DNA of 64,000 bases, taken from positions 2,570 to 66,569 of the forward strand of contig CAZPAV010000008.1 in the NCBI GenBank assembly GCA_964584755.1. Reading direction: 5' to 3'. Position 1 is the stretch's first letter, and each line of letters begins with the position of its first letter. Source of the DNA: an uncultured Acidimicrobiaceae bacterium. GTDB lineage: Bacteria > Actinomycetota > Acidimicrobiia > Spongiisociales > UBA5794. Positions 1 through 8,247 of this stretch are shown here, one piece after another. Made by a program: the position numbers and the translations under genes. The notes under the pieces are model-generated. The model did no database searches, had not been told where the DNA came from, and worked only from the letters and a program-made list of their open reading frames with translations.

Positions 1-1376
1 AGCGTGACGACCGTGGGTCGTTTCGTGATCGTGTCGGTGGAGAGGATGGCCACGTTCGGCAGGTTGATGATCGGTGCGCTCATGAAGGACCCGAAGGGGC
101 CCGGGTTCGTGATCGAGAAGGTGCTCCCGGCCACGTCGTCGGGATCGAGACGCCCCCGACGGGCCTTCTCCGCTCCGGCACGGATCGCCCGGGCGAGGCC
201 CTTGAGGGTGAGACCGTCGGCGTCCCGAACCGTGACGACGACGAGCCCCTCCTCCCGGAGGTCCACGGCGATCCCCAGGTTGATGGCCCGATGGAACACC
301 TGCTTGCCCTCTTCGAGCGCGAAGCTGCTGTTCACCGCCGGGTTCGCGGCGAGGGCGTCGATGGTCGCCCGCGCGATGAACGGGAGGTAGGTCAGGGGGA
401 AGCCCTCCTCCGCGGCGAACGCCGCCCGGTGGGCGGCGCGCGCCCGGGCGACCCGCTCGTAGTCGACCTCCACGGACGTCCAGACGTGCGCCGCGCTGCG
501 CTTGGCATGGACCATGTTCCGCGCGATCCGTCGCCGCAGACGGGTGAGGTCGACGACCCGGTCCCCGGGGAGCAGCGGCACACCGCCGACGGCGGTCGGC
601 TCCTCGACCTCGGCGACCGCCGGCTCGGTCGGAGCCGAAACGGCCGGAGCCGGCGGTGGAGCCGCCGGAGGGGTCTCCACCTCCGGGACCGTCACCTCCA
701 CGGTGGCCTCCGCCGGAGTCGCCGCGGCCGGCTCGACGCCACCCTCCACCTCCTCGAGGGTCACCTTCGTCGGCTCCCGTTCCGCCTCCAGGAATCGCTC
801 GACGTCACGACGGGTGATCCGGCCACCCTCCCCGGTACCGGGGACCAGATCGAGGTCGATCCCGTGCTCGGCGGCGAGGCGCCGCACGACCGGGGAGAGG
901 ATCCCGCGACGGGGACCCCGCGCCTCCCCGCCGCCGGGTCGCGAACGCTCGCGCGGCGGCTCGGACGGTCCCGCCCCCGTCGGACCCTGCACCCGGGGCG
1001 GGCCGGCGCTCCCGGTGGGACCCTGCGCCACGACCTCGAGCGGCCCGCCTCCGGTGGGACCCTGGAGGAAGGGCCCGGGGACGCCGCCGGCCGCGGCCGC
1101 CGCCGCGGTCTCCTCGGTCGCGGCGACCGCGGTCTCCCCGGCGAGGGCGATGGTCGCCAGCGGGGTCCCGACCCGAACGGTCTCGCCCACGGGAACGAGG
1201 ATCTCCCGGAGGATCCCCGCCGCGGGAGACGGGATCTCGGTGTCGACCTTGTCGGTCGAGATCTCGAGCAGCACCTCGTCCTCGGCCACCGCCTCACCCG
1301 GTTGCTTCAACCAGGCGAGGATCGTCCCCTCGGTGACCGTCTCTCCGAGCTGCGGCATCGTCACGGTGAACGTCAT
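1..1376 (-). CDS. 2-oxoacid dehydrogenase E2 component (dihydrolipoamide acyltransferase). It is partial and continues past the window start.
   Basis: Manual minus-strand translation from the ATG at 1376..1374, which has GGAGG 8 nt upstream. The product reads MTFTVTMPQLGETVTEGTILAWLKQPGEAV...EISTDKVDTEIPSPAAGIL (lipoyl-lysine motif). It also has a peripheral-subunit-binding segment (GILSPVVRRLAAEHGIDL) and Ala/Pro-rich linkers. It is missing from the ORF track because it has no stop inside the window. Confidence 0.8.
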   Translation of the reverse strand, partial: MTFTVTMPQLGETVTEGTILAWLKQPGEAVAEDEVLLEISTDKVDTEIPSPAAGILREILVPVGETVRVGTPLATIALAGETAVAATEETAAAAAAGGVPGPFLQGPTGGGPLEVVAQGPTGSAGPPRVQGPTGAGPSEPPRERSRPGGGEARGPRRGILSPVVRRLAAEHGIDLDLVPGTGEGGRITRRDVERFLEAEREPTKVTLEEVEGGVEPAAATPAEATVEVTVPEVETPPAAPPPAPAVSAPTEPAVAEVEEPTAVGGVPLLPGDRVVDLTRLRRRIARNMVHAKRSAAHVWTSVEVDYERVARARAAHRAAFAAEEGFPLTYLPFIARATIDALAANPAVNSSFALEEGKQVFHRAINLGIAVDLREEGLVVVTVRDADGLTLKGLARAIRAGAEKARRGRLDPDDVAGSTFSITNPGPFGSFMSAPIINLPNVAILSTDTITKRPTVVT

Positions 1377-1410
1377 CGGGCCCGCCTCCTTGGTTCGTCC
1401 TCTCGTCCTC

Positions 1411-3390
1411 TCATGCCAGCATCGTCTCCCGGACCGCCCCCACGACGTCCGCCACCTGGGGCAGGTACGCGTCCTCGAGGACCGCGGCGAACGGGACGTG
1501 CGTCGCCGGGGGGGTGACGCGCCGGATCGGGGCGTCGAGGTCCCACAGGAGCTCCTCCGCGGTCACCGCGGCCACCTCGGACGCCACCGAGGCGAACCGT
1601 TGATCCTCCTGCACGACGAGGAGCCGCGACGTCTTCGCCACCGAGGCGAAGACCGTCTCCCGGTCGAAGGGCACGAGCGAGCGGAGATCGACGATCTCGA
1701 CGGAGATCCCCGCCGAGTCCAGCTCCTCGGCCGCCGCCTCGACCACGTGACGCATCGCCCCCCAGGTGACGATCGTGACGTCGCCTCCCGGTCGAACGAT
1801 CGTCGCCTTCCCCAACGGTACCTCGAAATCCCCGCCGGGGACGGGCCCTCGTACGCTCCGGTACAGCTTCTTGTGCTCGAGGAAGACCACCGGATCCGGG
1901 TCCCGGATCGCGGCGAGGAGCAGGCCCTTGGCGTCCGCCGGCGTCGCCGGACAGACGACCTTCAGCCCGGGATGGTGCGCCAGGAGTCCCTCCGGGGACA
2001 GCGAGTGGGAGGGCCCCGCCCGGACCCCGGCGCCCACCGGCCCCCGCACCACGAGCGGCACGGATCGGCCGGTCTTCCAGTGATGCTTCGCCCCCTGGTT
2101 CACGAGCTGGTCGAGCGCCGGATAGACGAAATCCATGAACTGGAGCTCGACGACGGGACGGCGCCCGGCCACCGCGGCGCCGATGGCGGCTCCCACGATG
2201 GCGGCCTCCGCGATCGGGGTGTCGACGACCCGGTCGGCGCCGAACCGGTCCTGGAGCCCCTCGGTCACCTTGAAGGCCCCGCCGAACGCCCCGACGTCCT
2301 CGCCGAGGATCATCACCCGTTCGTCGCGCGCCATCTCCTCGCCGAGGGCGCTCCGCAGCGCCTCGACCATCGTCATCGGGACCGGGTCCCCTCCCTCCGC
2401 CGGCGGGGACGGTCGCTCCTCCCGACCGGCGAAGACGCCCTGGCCGACCGTGGCGGGATCCGGATCCGCGGCGGCGGCGGCGCGGCGCAGGGCCGCCTCG
2501 ACCCGAGCGGTGACCTCCTCGGCCACGCGCAGGACGGCCTCGTCGTCGATCACGCCCCGCTCCACGAGGAACGTCTCGAAGCGGGCGATGGGGTCGCGTT
2601 CGGCGAACTCGGCGCGCCGCGCCGGATCCACGTACTCGGCGGCGTCGTGGCCGGCGTGACCGTACCGACGGAAGGTGAGGGCCTCCACGATGGTGGGACC
2701 GCCCCCGGCGCGGGCCCGGTCTACGGCGCGGCGCGCCGCGCCGAAGCACGCCAGGACGTCGTTGCCGTCGACGACCACGTGCGGGACGCCGTACGCCGCG
2801 CCGCGATCCGGGGGTCGTGCCGGCGAGGGGGTGGCGTAGGCGTACCCGTTGTTCTGGATGGTGAAGACCACCGGCAGGCCGAGCCGGGCGGCGAGGGTGA
2901 CGCTCTCGTGCCACGTGCCGGTGGCGGTGGCGCCCTCGCCGCAGTCGGCGAGGGCCACCCGGCGGGACCCGTCCTGCCGGAAGGCGAGTGCCCACCCCAC
3001 CGCGACCGGGTACACGGCCGGCAAGGACCCGCTCGCCATGAGCGTCCCTCGCGCCGGGATGCCGAAGTGGACCCCGCCGTCGCGCCCGCCGCTGGGTCCC
3101 GCCGCCTTGCCGAACACGTTGAGGAGGACCTCGTCGAGGGTGACCCCGCGGGCGAGGTGCAGCACGAGGTCACGATGGGTGCCTCCGTAGACGTCCCCGT
3201 CCTCGAGCGCGGCGCCGAACCCCACCATCGCCCCCTCCTGACCGACCCCGGGGTAGACGGTGCCGGGCAGCCGGCCACTGCGGTAGAGATGGAGGAGGCG
3301 CGTCTCCACGGTGCGCCCCACCACCATGAGCTCGTACAGGCGCCGCAGTTCCCCCGGTGTCAGCGACGCCGCGGGTCCGGTGGCGTCCAT
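1411..3390 (-). CDS. 2-oxoacid dehydrogenase E1 component, a fused alpha/beta subunit (659 aa)
   Basis: The N-terminal half resembles the TPP-binding E1 alpha subunit (YRSGRLPG...GQEG...). The C-terminal half resembles the transketolase-like E1 beta subunit (VTMVEALRSALGEEMARDERVMILGEDVG...). It lies immediately downstream of lpd and upstream of E2. Confidence 0.85.
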   Translation of the reverse strand: MDATGPAASLTPGELRRLYELMVVGRTVETRLLHLYRSGRLPGTVYPGVGQEGAMVGFGAALEDGDVYGGTHRDLVLHLARGVTLDEVLLNVFGKAAGPSGGRDGGVHFGIPARGTLMASGSLPAVYPVAVGWALAFRQDGSRRVALADCGEGATATGTWHESVTLAARLGLPVVFTIQNNGYAYATPSPARPPDRGAAYGVPHVVVDGNDVLACFGAARRAVDRARAGGGPTIVEALTFRRYGHAGHDAAEYVDPARRAEFAERDPIARFETFLVERGVIDDEAVLRVAEEVTARVEAALRRAAAAADPDPATVGQGVFAGREERPSPPAEGGDPVPMTMVEALRSALGEEMARDERVMILGEDVGAFGGAFKVTEGLQDRFGADRVVDTPIAEAAIVGAAIGAAVAGRRPVVELQFMDFVYPALDQLVNQGAKHHWKTGRSVPLVVRGPVGAGVRAGPSHSLSPEGLLAHHPGLKVVCPATPADAKGLLLAAIRDPDPVVFLEHKKLYRSVRGPVPGGDFEVPLGKATIVRPGGDVTIVTWGAMRHVVEAAAEELDSAGISVEIVDLRSLVPFDRETVFASVAKTSRLLVVQEDQRFASVASEVAAVTAEELLWDLDAPIRRVTPPATHVPFAAVLEDAYLPQVADVVGAVRETMLA

Positions 3391-3391
3391 C

Positions 3392-4762
3392 TCAGTGGAG
3401 GGGGTGCCCGACGGCGGCCAGCAGGGTCTCCCCGATCGCCTCCGATACCGTCGGGTGGGCGTGGATGAAGGCGGCCGCCTCCTCCGGGTACGCCTCCCAT
3501 CCCACCGTGTACATGAGCTCGTGGATGACCTCGCCCGCCTGCGGGTCGACGACGGTGGCCCCCACGATGGGACCGTCCTCGGACACGACGAGCTTCACCA
3601 GACCTCCGGTCTCCCCGTGGATGATGGCCCGACCGATGCCGCGCATGGCGTGCGTCTCGGTCCGTACCGCCCGCCCTCCGGCGCGTGCCTGCGCCTCGGT
3701 CAGGCCCACCTGGGCGACCTCGGGGTGGGTGTAGACGACCATCGGCACCGCCTCGTAGGGGACCGGCGCCGCCTCGCCGGTGGCGAGATGCGTCACCGCG
3801 GCGATGCCCTCGGCGAAGCCGACGTGGGCGAGCTGTGGCGTGCCGGCCACGACGTCCCCCACGGCGTACACCCCCGGGATCGAGGTGAGCATCGTCTCGC
3901 GATCGACGACCACCGCCCCGCCCTCCATCCGGACCCCGGCGGCCTCGAGTCCGGCGCCCTCGGTGAACGGCGCCCGTCCCACGGCGACGAGCACGACGTC
4001 GACCTCCACCGACTCCCCGCCGAAGGGAACCACGACCCGGTCCTCGTGGAGGACGGGCGGATCGACGCGGATCCCCGTCCGCACCGTCACACCCTTCTTG
4101 CGGAAGGTCCGTCCCACCGCCTTCGCCGCCTCCGGTTCCATGCCGGGGAGGATCTGGTCCATCATCTCGAGGAGGTGGACCTCGACGCCCAGATCGGCGA
4201 GGAGGGAGGCGAACTCGGCGCCGATCGCCCCGGCCCCGATGATGGCCACCCGCCCCGGAGGCTCCCGCCAGCCGAGCGCGTGATCGCTGGTGACGATCCG
4301 TCGACCGTCCACGACGTAGCCGGGGAGGGCTCGGGGCACCGAGCCGGTGGCGACGACCACGTGCCGGGCGGGGACGGTCTCCACCCCCCCGTCCTCGGTC
4401 CGGACCTCGACCCCCTCCGACACGAGGCGGCCACGCCCGGGGCGGATCTCGACCCCGCGCCGCCGGAGCAGCCCGTCGAGGCCGCGCACGAGCCCGTCCA
4501 CGACCCCGGTGGTGCGGGCCGCCGCGGCCGACCAGTCGAAGCCGGGAGCCTCGACCCGCACGCCGAACTCGCCGGCGCGCGCCACCGTCCGGAAGACGTG
4601 GGCGGCCTCGAGCCACGTCTTCGCCGGGATACAGCCCCGCAGCAGGCACGTCCCGCCGACCCGCTCCCGGGTCACGAGCACCGTCCGCAGATCGAAGTTC
4701 TGGGCGTACAGGGCGGCGGCGTAGCCTCCCGGCCCGCCGCCGATGATCGCCAGGTCGTACAC
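3392..4762 (-). CDS. lpd: dihydrolipoamide dehydrogenase (E3)
   Basis: The FAD-binding N-terminus is VYDLAIIGGGPGGY, and the redox disulfide motif is GGTCLLRGCIPAK. The start was moved to the GTG at 4762, which has GGAGGAG immediately upstream. The ORF-track extension out to 4876 (MSRRAGRG...) is a low-complexity extension and was rejected. Confidence 0.85.
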   Translation of the reverse strand: MYDLAIIGGGPGGYAAALYAQNFDLRTVLVTRERVGGTCLLRGCIPAKTWLEAAHVFRTVARAGEFGVRVEAPGFDWSAAAARTTGVVDGLVRGLDGLLRRRGVEIRPGRGRLVSEGVEVRTEDGGVETVPARHVVVATGSVPRALPGYVVDGRRIVTSDHALGWREPPGRVAIIGAGAIGAEFASLLADLGVEVHLLEMMDQILPGMEPEAAKAVGRTFRKKGVTVRTGIRVDPPVLHEDRVVVPFGGESVEVDVVLVAVGRAPFTEGAGLEAAGVRMEGGAVVVDRETMLTSIPGVYAVGDVVAGTPQLAHVGFAEGIAAVTHLATGEAAPVPYEAVPMVVYTHPEVAQVGLTEAQARAGGRAVRTETHAMRGIGRAIIHGETGGLVKLVVSEDGPIVGATVVDPQAGEVIHELMYTVGWEAYPEEAAAFIHAHPTVSEAIGETLLAAVGHPLH

Positions 4763-4910
4763 GGCTCCTCCGGGTGGCGTCTGACGCGGCGAGCCTAGCG
4801 GCCGCGAGGTGCTCGGCAGCCCATCCCACCGGTTCTGACGGCACCGTCCCGCTCCCCGCCCGGCACGGCGAGACACCGGGGAAGCCGCCCCCGGCCGGTA
4901 CCATGCCGCG

Positions 4911-5003
4911 ATGCAGACCCGCTATCTCATCCTCGTCACCGCGCTCGCCGGTCTGGCGATCCTCGCCGCCGGCGCCCTCTGGCTCGCCGGGGTCCGGGGA
5001 TGA
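4911..5003 (+). CDS. 30-aa hydrophobic peptide (MQTRYLILVTALAGLAILAAGALWLAGVRG), a putative small membrane protein
   Basis: An ATG ORF whose stop overlaps the next gene's start (ATGA). It contains a single predicted TM helix. It is not in the ORF track because it is too short. Confidence 0.3.
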   Translation: MQTRYLILVTALAGLAILAAGALWLAGVRG

Positions 5004-5377
5004 CGCCCATCGCCGACCCGGAGCTGCGGGGGCTCGCCGCCGGCGAGACGGTCGTCGCCTTCGTCCCCGCGGGCGCGGCCGAGGTGGGTGCCACGCTGAC
5101 GCTCACCGGCGCCGGCCCGCTCGATCCCGCCGACCTCAAGCCCGCCTACCGGCGCTGGGCGACCGAGCCGGCGCCCTCCGGGCCCTGGACGGCGCTCGTC
5201 GTCGCCGTGTACCCCGTCACCCCCCTCCTCCGGGACCGGGCCGCCGGACGCCACCTCCGCGCCACGATGCCCGACGGCGACGCCCTCGTGCTGCGCGTCG
5301 CCGGCACCGCGGGGCCGGTGCTCTCGGACGCGGCCTTCACGGCACGGGTCCGGTCCCTCGAGCGCGAGCTCCCGTGA
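5000..5377 (+). CDS. hypothetical protein (125 aa)
   Basis: An ORF-track ORF that is translationally coupled to both the upstream peptide and the downstream hydrolase. I recognise no motif in it. Confidence 0.45.
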   Translation: MTPIADPELRGLAAGETVVAFVPAGAAEVGATLTLTGAGPLDPADLKPAYRRWATEPAPSGPWTALVVAVYPVTPLLRDRAAGRHLRATMPDGDALVLRVAGTAGPVLSDAAFTARVRSLERELP

Positions 5378-5988
5378 CCGCCCTGCAGACCGTCGACGGT
5401 GTGCGTCTCGAGGCCCGCTGGGATCGGCCGGACCGACCCACCCTGGCCGTCGTCTTCTGCCACCCCCACCCGCTCCACGGCGGCACGATGACCGCCCCCC
5501 TCATGGACGCCGTCACCCGCCGGCTCGTCACCCGGGGATGCGCGGTGCTCCGCTTCAACTTCCGCGGCACGGCCGGCTCGGAGGGCGCCCACGGCGCAGG
5601 GGAGACCGAGATCGCCGACGTGGCCGCCGCCGTCGACGCGGCCCGGGTCGCCGAGCCCGCGCTCCCGCTGGGGCTCTGTGGCTGGTCCTTCGGGGCGGTC
5701 GTCGCCCTCGCCTGGGAGGCGCGCACGCGAGCCACGCTCCCCTACGTCGGGATCGCCCCGCCCATGGACCGCGGGCTCGTTCCCGTCCTCCCCACCCCCG
5801 AGTCGCTCCTCCCGGCGCGTCGGTCCTTCATCGTCGGCGATCGGGACCAGTTCGTGCCCGTGACGGACCTCGCCGAGTACGCGGCGCGCCTCGACGCGGA
5901 CCTCCACGTCCTCCCCGGGAGCGACCACTTCTTCTGGTTCCGGGAGGCGCAGGTCGCCGATCTCGTCCACCGCGGCCTCGAGCGCTAG
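5374..5988 (+). CDS. alpha/beta-fold hydrolase
   Basis: The product reads VTALQTVDGVRLEARWDRPDRPTLAVVFCHPHPLHGGTM... and carries a GWSFG nucleophile-elbow motif. The GTG start overlaps the previous stop (GTGA). Confidence 0.6.
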   Translation: MTALQTVDGVRLEARWDRPDRPTLAVVFCHPHPLHGGTMTAPLMDAVTRRLVTRGCAVLRFNFRGTAGSEGAHGAGETEIADVAAAVDAARVAEPALPLGLCGWSFGAVVALAWEARTRATLPYVGIAPPMDRGLVPVLPTPESLLPARRSFIVGDRDQFVPVTDLAEYAARLDADLHVLPGSDHFFWFREAQVADLVHRGLER

Positions 5989-6137
5989 CGAGGAGGGCGG
6001 AACCCCCGGTTCCGTGCCTCGGGAAGCGTGTCGGGACCGAACGCCTGGAGCAGGCTCCGGCGAAGCAGGTCCTCGGTCGCGGCCCGATCGGAGAGCACGG
6101 CGAACTCCTCCGGATCGTCGCAGTCGTAGACGGTCAT
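5985..6137 (-). CDS. small hypothetical protein (about 50 aa, MTVYDCDDPEEFAVLSDRAATEDLLRR...)
   Basis: This is the C-terminal part of ORF 5985..6305 starting from the internal ATG. The upstream part of that ORF is the G/R-rich translation of a hexamer repeat. Weak call. Confidence 0.2.
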   Translation of the reverse strand: MTVYDCDDPEEFAVLSDRAATEDLLRRSLLQAFGPDTLPEARNRGFRPPR

Positions 6138-6210
6138 CGTGTCGCGCACCCCCACGAACCGGTGCTCGTCGAACCTCGCCAGTCGGGCCACGTCGTACCT
6201 CCTCGAGTCC

Positions 6211-6236
6211 CGGGGACCGGAGCGCTCCGGTCCCCG
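6211..6236. repeat. perfect 26-bp palindrome CGGGGACCGGAGCGCTCCGGTCCCCG
   Basis: Read directly from the sequence. It is self-complementary over its full length and lies in a 345-bp non-coding gap. Confidence 0.7.
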
Positions 6237-6259
6237 TCTCCGTCTCCGTCTCGGTCTCC
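6236..6259. repeat. tandem hexamer microsatellite (GTCTCC)x4, with one variant copy GTCTCG
   Basis: Read directly from the sequence. It abuts the palindrome. Confidence 0.6.
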
Positions 6260-6482
6260 CGGCGCGGCCCCACGCTCGCCGCGACGACCGGTCACCGGTC
6301 GCCACCGGACCCGGACCGCCGCCTCGGCGTCGGTCCCCGGTCCGCGAGGCCCGCCATCGGCTCCCCCAGGGCGAGGACGGCGACCGGCCGGAAGCGCAGA
6401 TCGGGACCTCGCATCGACCCGGCGTCGCCGAGGCTCAGGGACAGCGCCAGCGTGAGCGCCGAGAGGATGCGCCCCGGGCCGC

Positions 6483-6971
6483 TCACCCCTCCTCCCCCCC
6501 GTCCTCGACCGGCCCGGCGATGGCGCCGATGGCGGCGAGGTACTCGGCCTGCAGGGCCGAGACCGCCTCCAGCTCCTCCAGCTCGTAGGGCCGGCCCTCG
6601 CGCCACAGGCGCTCCTGGGCGTACGCGGCGGCGGCACGTCCCCCCACCACCGCCGGCTCGTCACCCCGAAGACCCGGGTCCTGCAGGTACCGCAGCTCCC
6701 ACTCGAGGATCCGACGCACGTCGGCGGGTCCGAGGCGGGACCGCATCTCCGCGGAGAGCCGCGCCCAGACGAAGGCGACGGCATCGTCCATGCCGTACAC
6801 CACCGTCCCGCCCGGGACGCCTCGCCGCTCCTGCCACAGGAACGCGGCGGCGAAGAACCCGAGGAGCGCGGCGAACGCAACGGCCAGCAGGACGGCACCC
6901 ACGACATCCAGGGTACCCGGCGGTCCCGGATGTGCGTCCCGGTCGCGGCTTGCTAGCGTCCTCCCCACCAT
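6483..6971 (-). CDS. hypothetical membrane-anchored protein
   Basis: An N-terminal TM helix (LDVVGAVLLAVAFAALLGFFAAAFLW) is followed by a soluble domain. The start is uncertain: the ATG at 6971 or the GTG at 6902. Its 5' end overlaps the divergent dsbB start. Confidence 0.35.
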   Translation of the reverse strand: MVGRTLASRDRDAHPGPPGTLDVVGAVLLAVAFAALLGFFAAAFLWQERRGVPGGTVVYGMDDAVAFVWARLSAEMRSRLGPADVRRILEWELRYLQDPGLRGDEPAVVGGRAAAAYAQERLWREGRPYELEELEAVSALQAEYLAAIGAIAGPVEDGGEEG

Positions 6972-7542
6972 GACCCTTCCCACCATGGCCCTCTTCTTCT
7001 CGCTCCTCGCGCTCGCCGCCAACGTCGCCACGGTCGCCATCGTCGTGTCCGCCCTCACGGCGCGTCGCGGTCCCGCGCCCCTCCTCGACGCCCTCCGGGG
7101 CTCGGAGCTCTGGCTCGCCTTCGCCGTGGCCGCGGTCGCGACCCTCGGCAGCCTCTACCTCTCCGAGATCGCCCATCTCGAGCCCTGCAAGCTCTGCTGG
7201 TTCCAGCGCATCGCCATGTACCCGCTCACCGTGATCCTCGGTGTCGCCGCGTGGCGGCGCGACGCCGGCGTCCGCCTTCCCGGGGCGATCCTCGCCGGCG
7301 TGGGAGCCACCGTGTCCGTGTACCACCGGCTCATCCAGGCCTTCCCCGGCCTCGAGGGGACCTCGTGCAACCCCGCGGTACCCTGCACCGCGGCGTACGT
7401 CCAGCGCTTCGGTGTGGTGACGATCCCGTACATGGCCCTGAGCGCCTTCACGCTCATCCTGGCCCTCCTCTGGACCCACCGGCGCAACACCATCGCCGAC
7501 GCGCCATCATTCGACGAACCGACCCTCCAGGAGCGAGCATGA
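6970..7542 (+). CDS. dsbB: disulfide bond formation protein B family (DsbB/BdbC-like)
   Basis: It has multiple TM helices and the conserved Cys pairs (EPCKLCWFQR...TSCNPAVPC). The start is the ATG at 6970. Confidence 0.7.
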   Translation: MTLPTMALFFSLLALAANVATVAIVVSALTARRGPAPLLDALRGSELWLAFAVAAVATLGSLYLSEIAHLEPCKLCWFQRIAMYPLTVILGVAAWRRDAGVRLPGAILAGVGATVSVYHRLIQAFPGLEGTSCNPAVPCTAAYVQRFGVVTIPYMALSAFTLILALLWTHRRNTIADAPSFDEPTLQERA

Positions 7543-8183
7543 CCTCCACGAAACCCCGCCGCGGCGCCAGGCCGGGCGGGTCCTCCCGATCCGTCCCCGT
7601 CGTCGCCATCGTCTTCGGGGTGATCGCCGTCCTCCTCGTCGCCGCCGTCGTCTTCTCGGGCGGCTCCTCCGGCGGCGCGGAGTACGGCACCCCCACCGTG
7701 ACCGGCCAGCTCCCCCTCATGCCGCCGAACGTCCCCATCGACACCTCCGCCGCCGGGATGCCGGCTCCGGAGGTCGTCGGCACCGACTTCGCCGGGCACG
7801 AGGTGAGGATCACCGACGACGGCCACGCCAAGGCGATCGTCTTCCTCGCCCACTGGTGCCCCCACTGCCAGCGGGAGGTCCCCACCGTGCAGGCGTGGCT
7901 GAACGAGACCGGCGGCGTGCCCGGTGTCGACATCTACTCGGTGGCGACGTCCATCGACTCGAGCCGCCCCAACTACCCACCCTCCGAGTGGCTGCGCCGC
8001 GAGGGGTGGACCGCTCCGGTGATCCGCGACGACGCCAAGAACTCCGTGCTCATCGCCTACGGCGCCGGGGGCTTCCCTTACTGGGTCTTCGTGAACGCCG
8101 ACGGCACGGTCGCGGTCCGGACCTCGGGGGAGACGACACCGGATCAGCTCACCGCCATCATGAGCTCCCTGCAGCAGAGCTGA
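7539..8183 (+). CDS. membrane-anchored thioredoxin-like thiol:disulfide oxidoreductase (TlpA/ResA/DsbA-like)
   Basis: It has an N-terminal TM helix and a WCPHCQ active-site motif. It is translationally coupled to dsbB (ATGA). Confidence 0.75.
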   Translation: MTSTKPRRGARPGGSSRSVPVVAIVFGVIAVLLVAAVVFSGGSSGGAEYGTPTVTGQLPLMPPNVPIDTSAAGMPAPEVVGTDFAGHEVRITDDGHAKAIVFLAHWCPHCQREVPTVQAWLNETGGVPGVDIYSVATSIDSSRPNYPPSEWLRREGWTAPVIRDDAKNSVLIAYGAGGFPYWVFVNADGTVAVRTSGETTPDQLTAIMSSLQQS

Positions 8184-8187
8184 CCCG

Positions 8188-8209
8188 CGCGTCACGGTCG
8201 CCTGACGCG
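8188..8209. terminator. weak hairpin (7-bp stem CGCGTCA/TGACGCG, 8-nt loop) downstream of the thioredoxin-like gene
   Basis: An inverted repeat read from the sequence. There is no U-tract, which is typical for high-GC genomes. Confidence 0.2.
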
Positions 8210-8247
8210 GATTCTCGCCCCCTGACGAGCGGCTAGCGTGGCCCGCC

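Noticed and set aside
502-3468. 988-aa plus-strand ORF, and similar long ORFs at 1373..2995(-), 3360..4904(-) and 3311..4798(+), overlapping the E2/E1/lpd genes
   Set aside because: These are out-of-frame or antisense shadow ORFs, which are typical of very GC-rich DNA. Their translations are Arg/Gly/Pro/Ala-rich low-complexity with no domain. The opposite-strand or other-frame genes have clear family signatures.
3392-4876. Longer lpd start (MSRRAGRGAGRCRQNRWDG...)
   Set aside because: The 38-codon extension is low-complexity and precedes the conserved FAD-binding N-terminus. A GTG with a strong GGAGGAG ribosome-binding site sits exactly at the conserved start.
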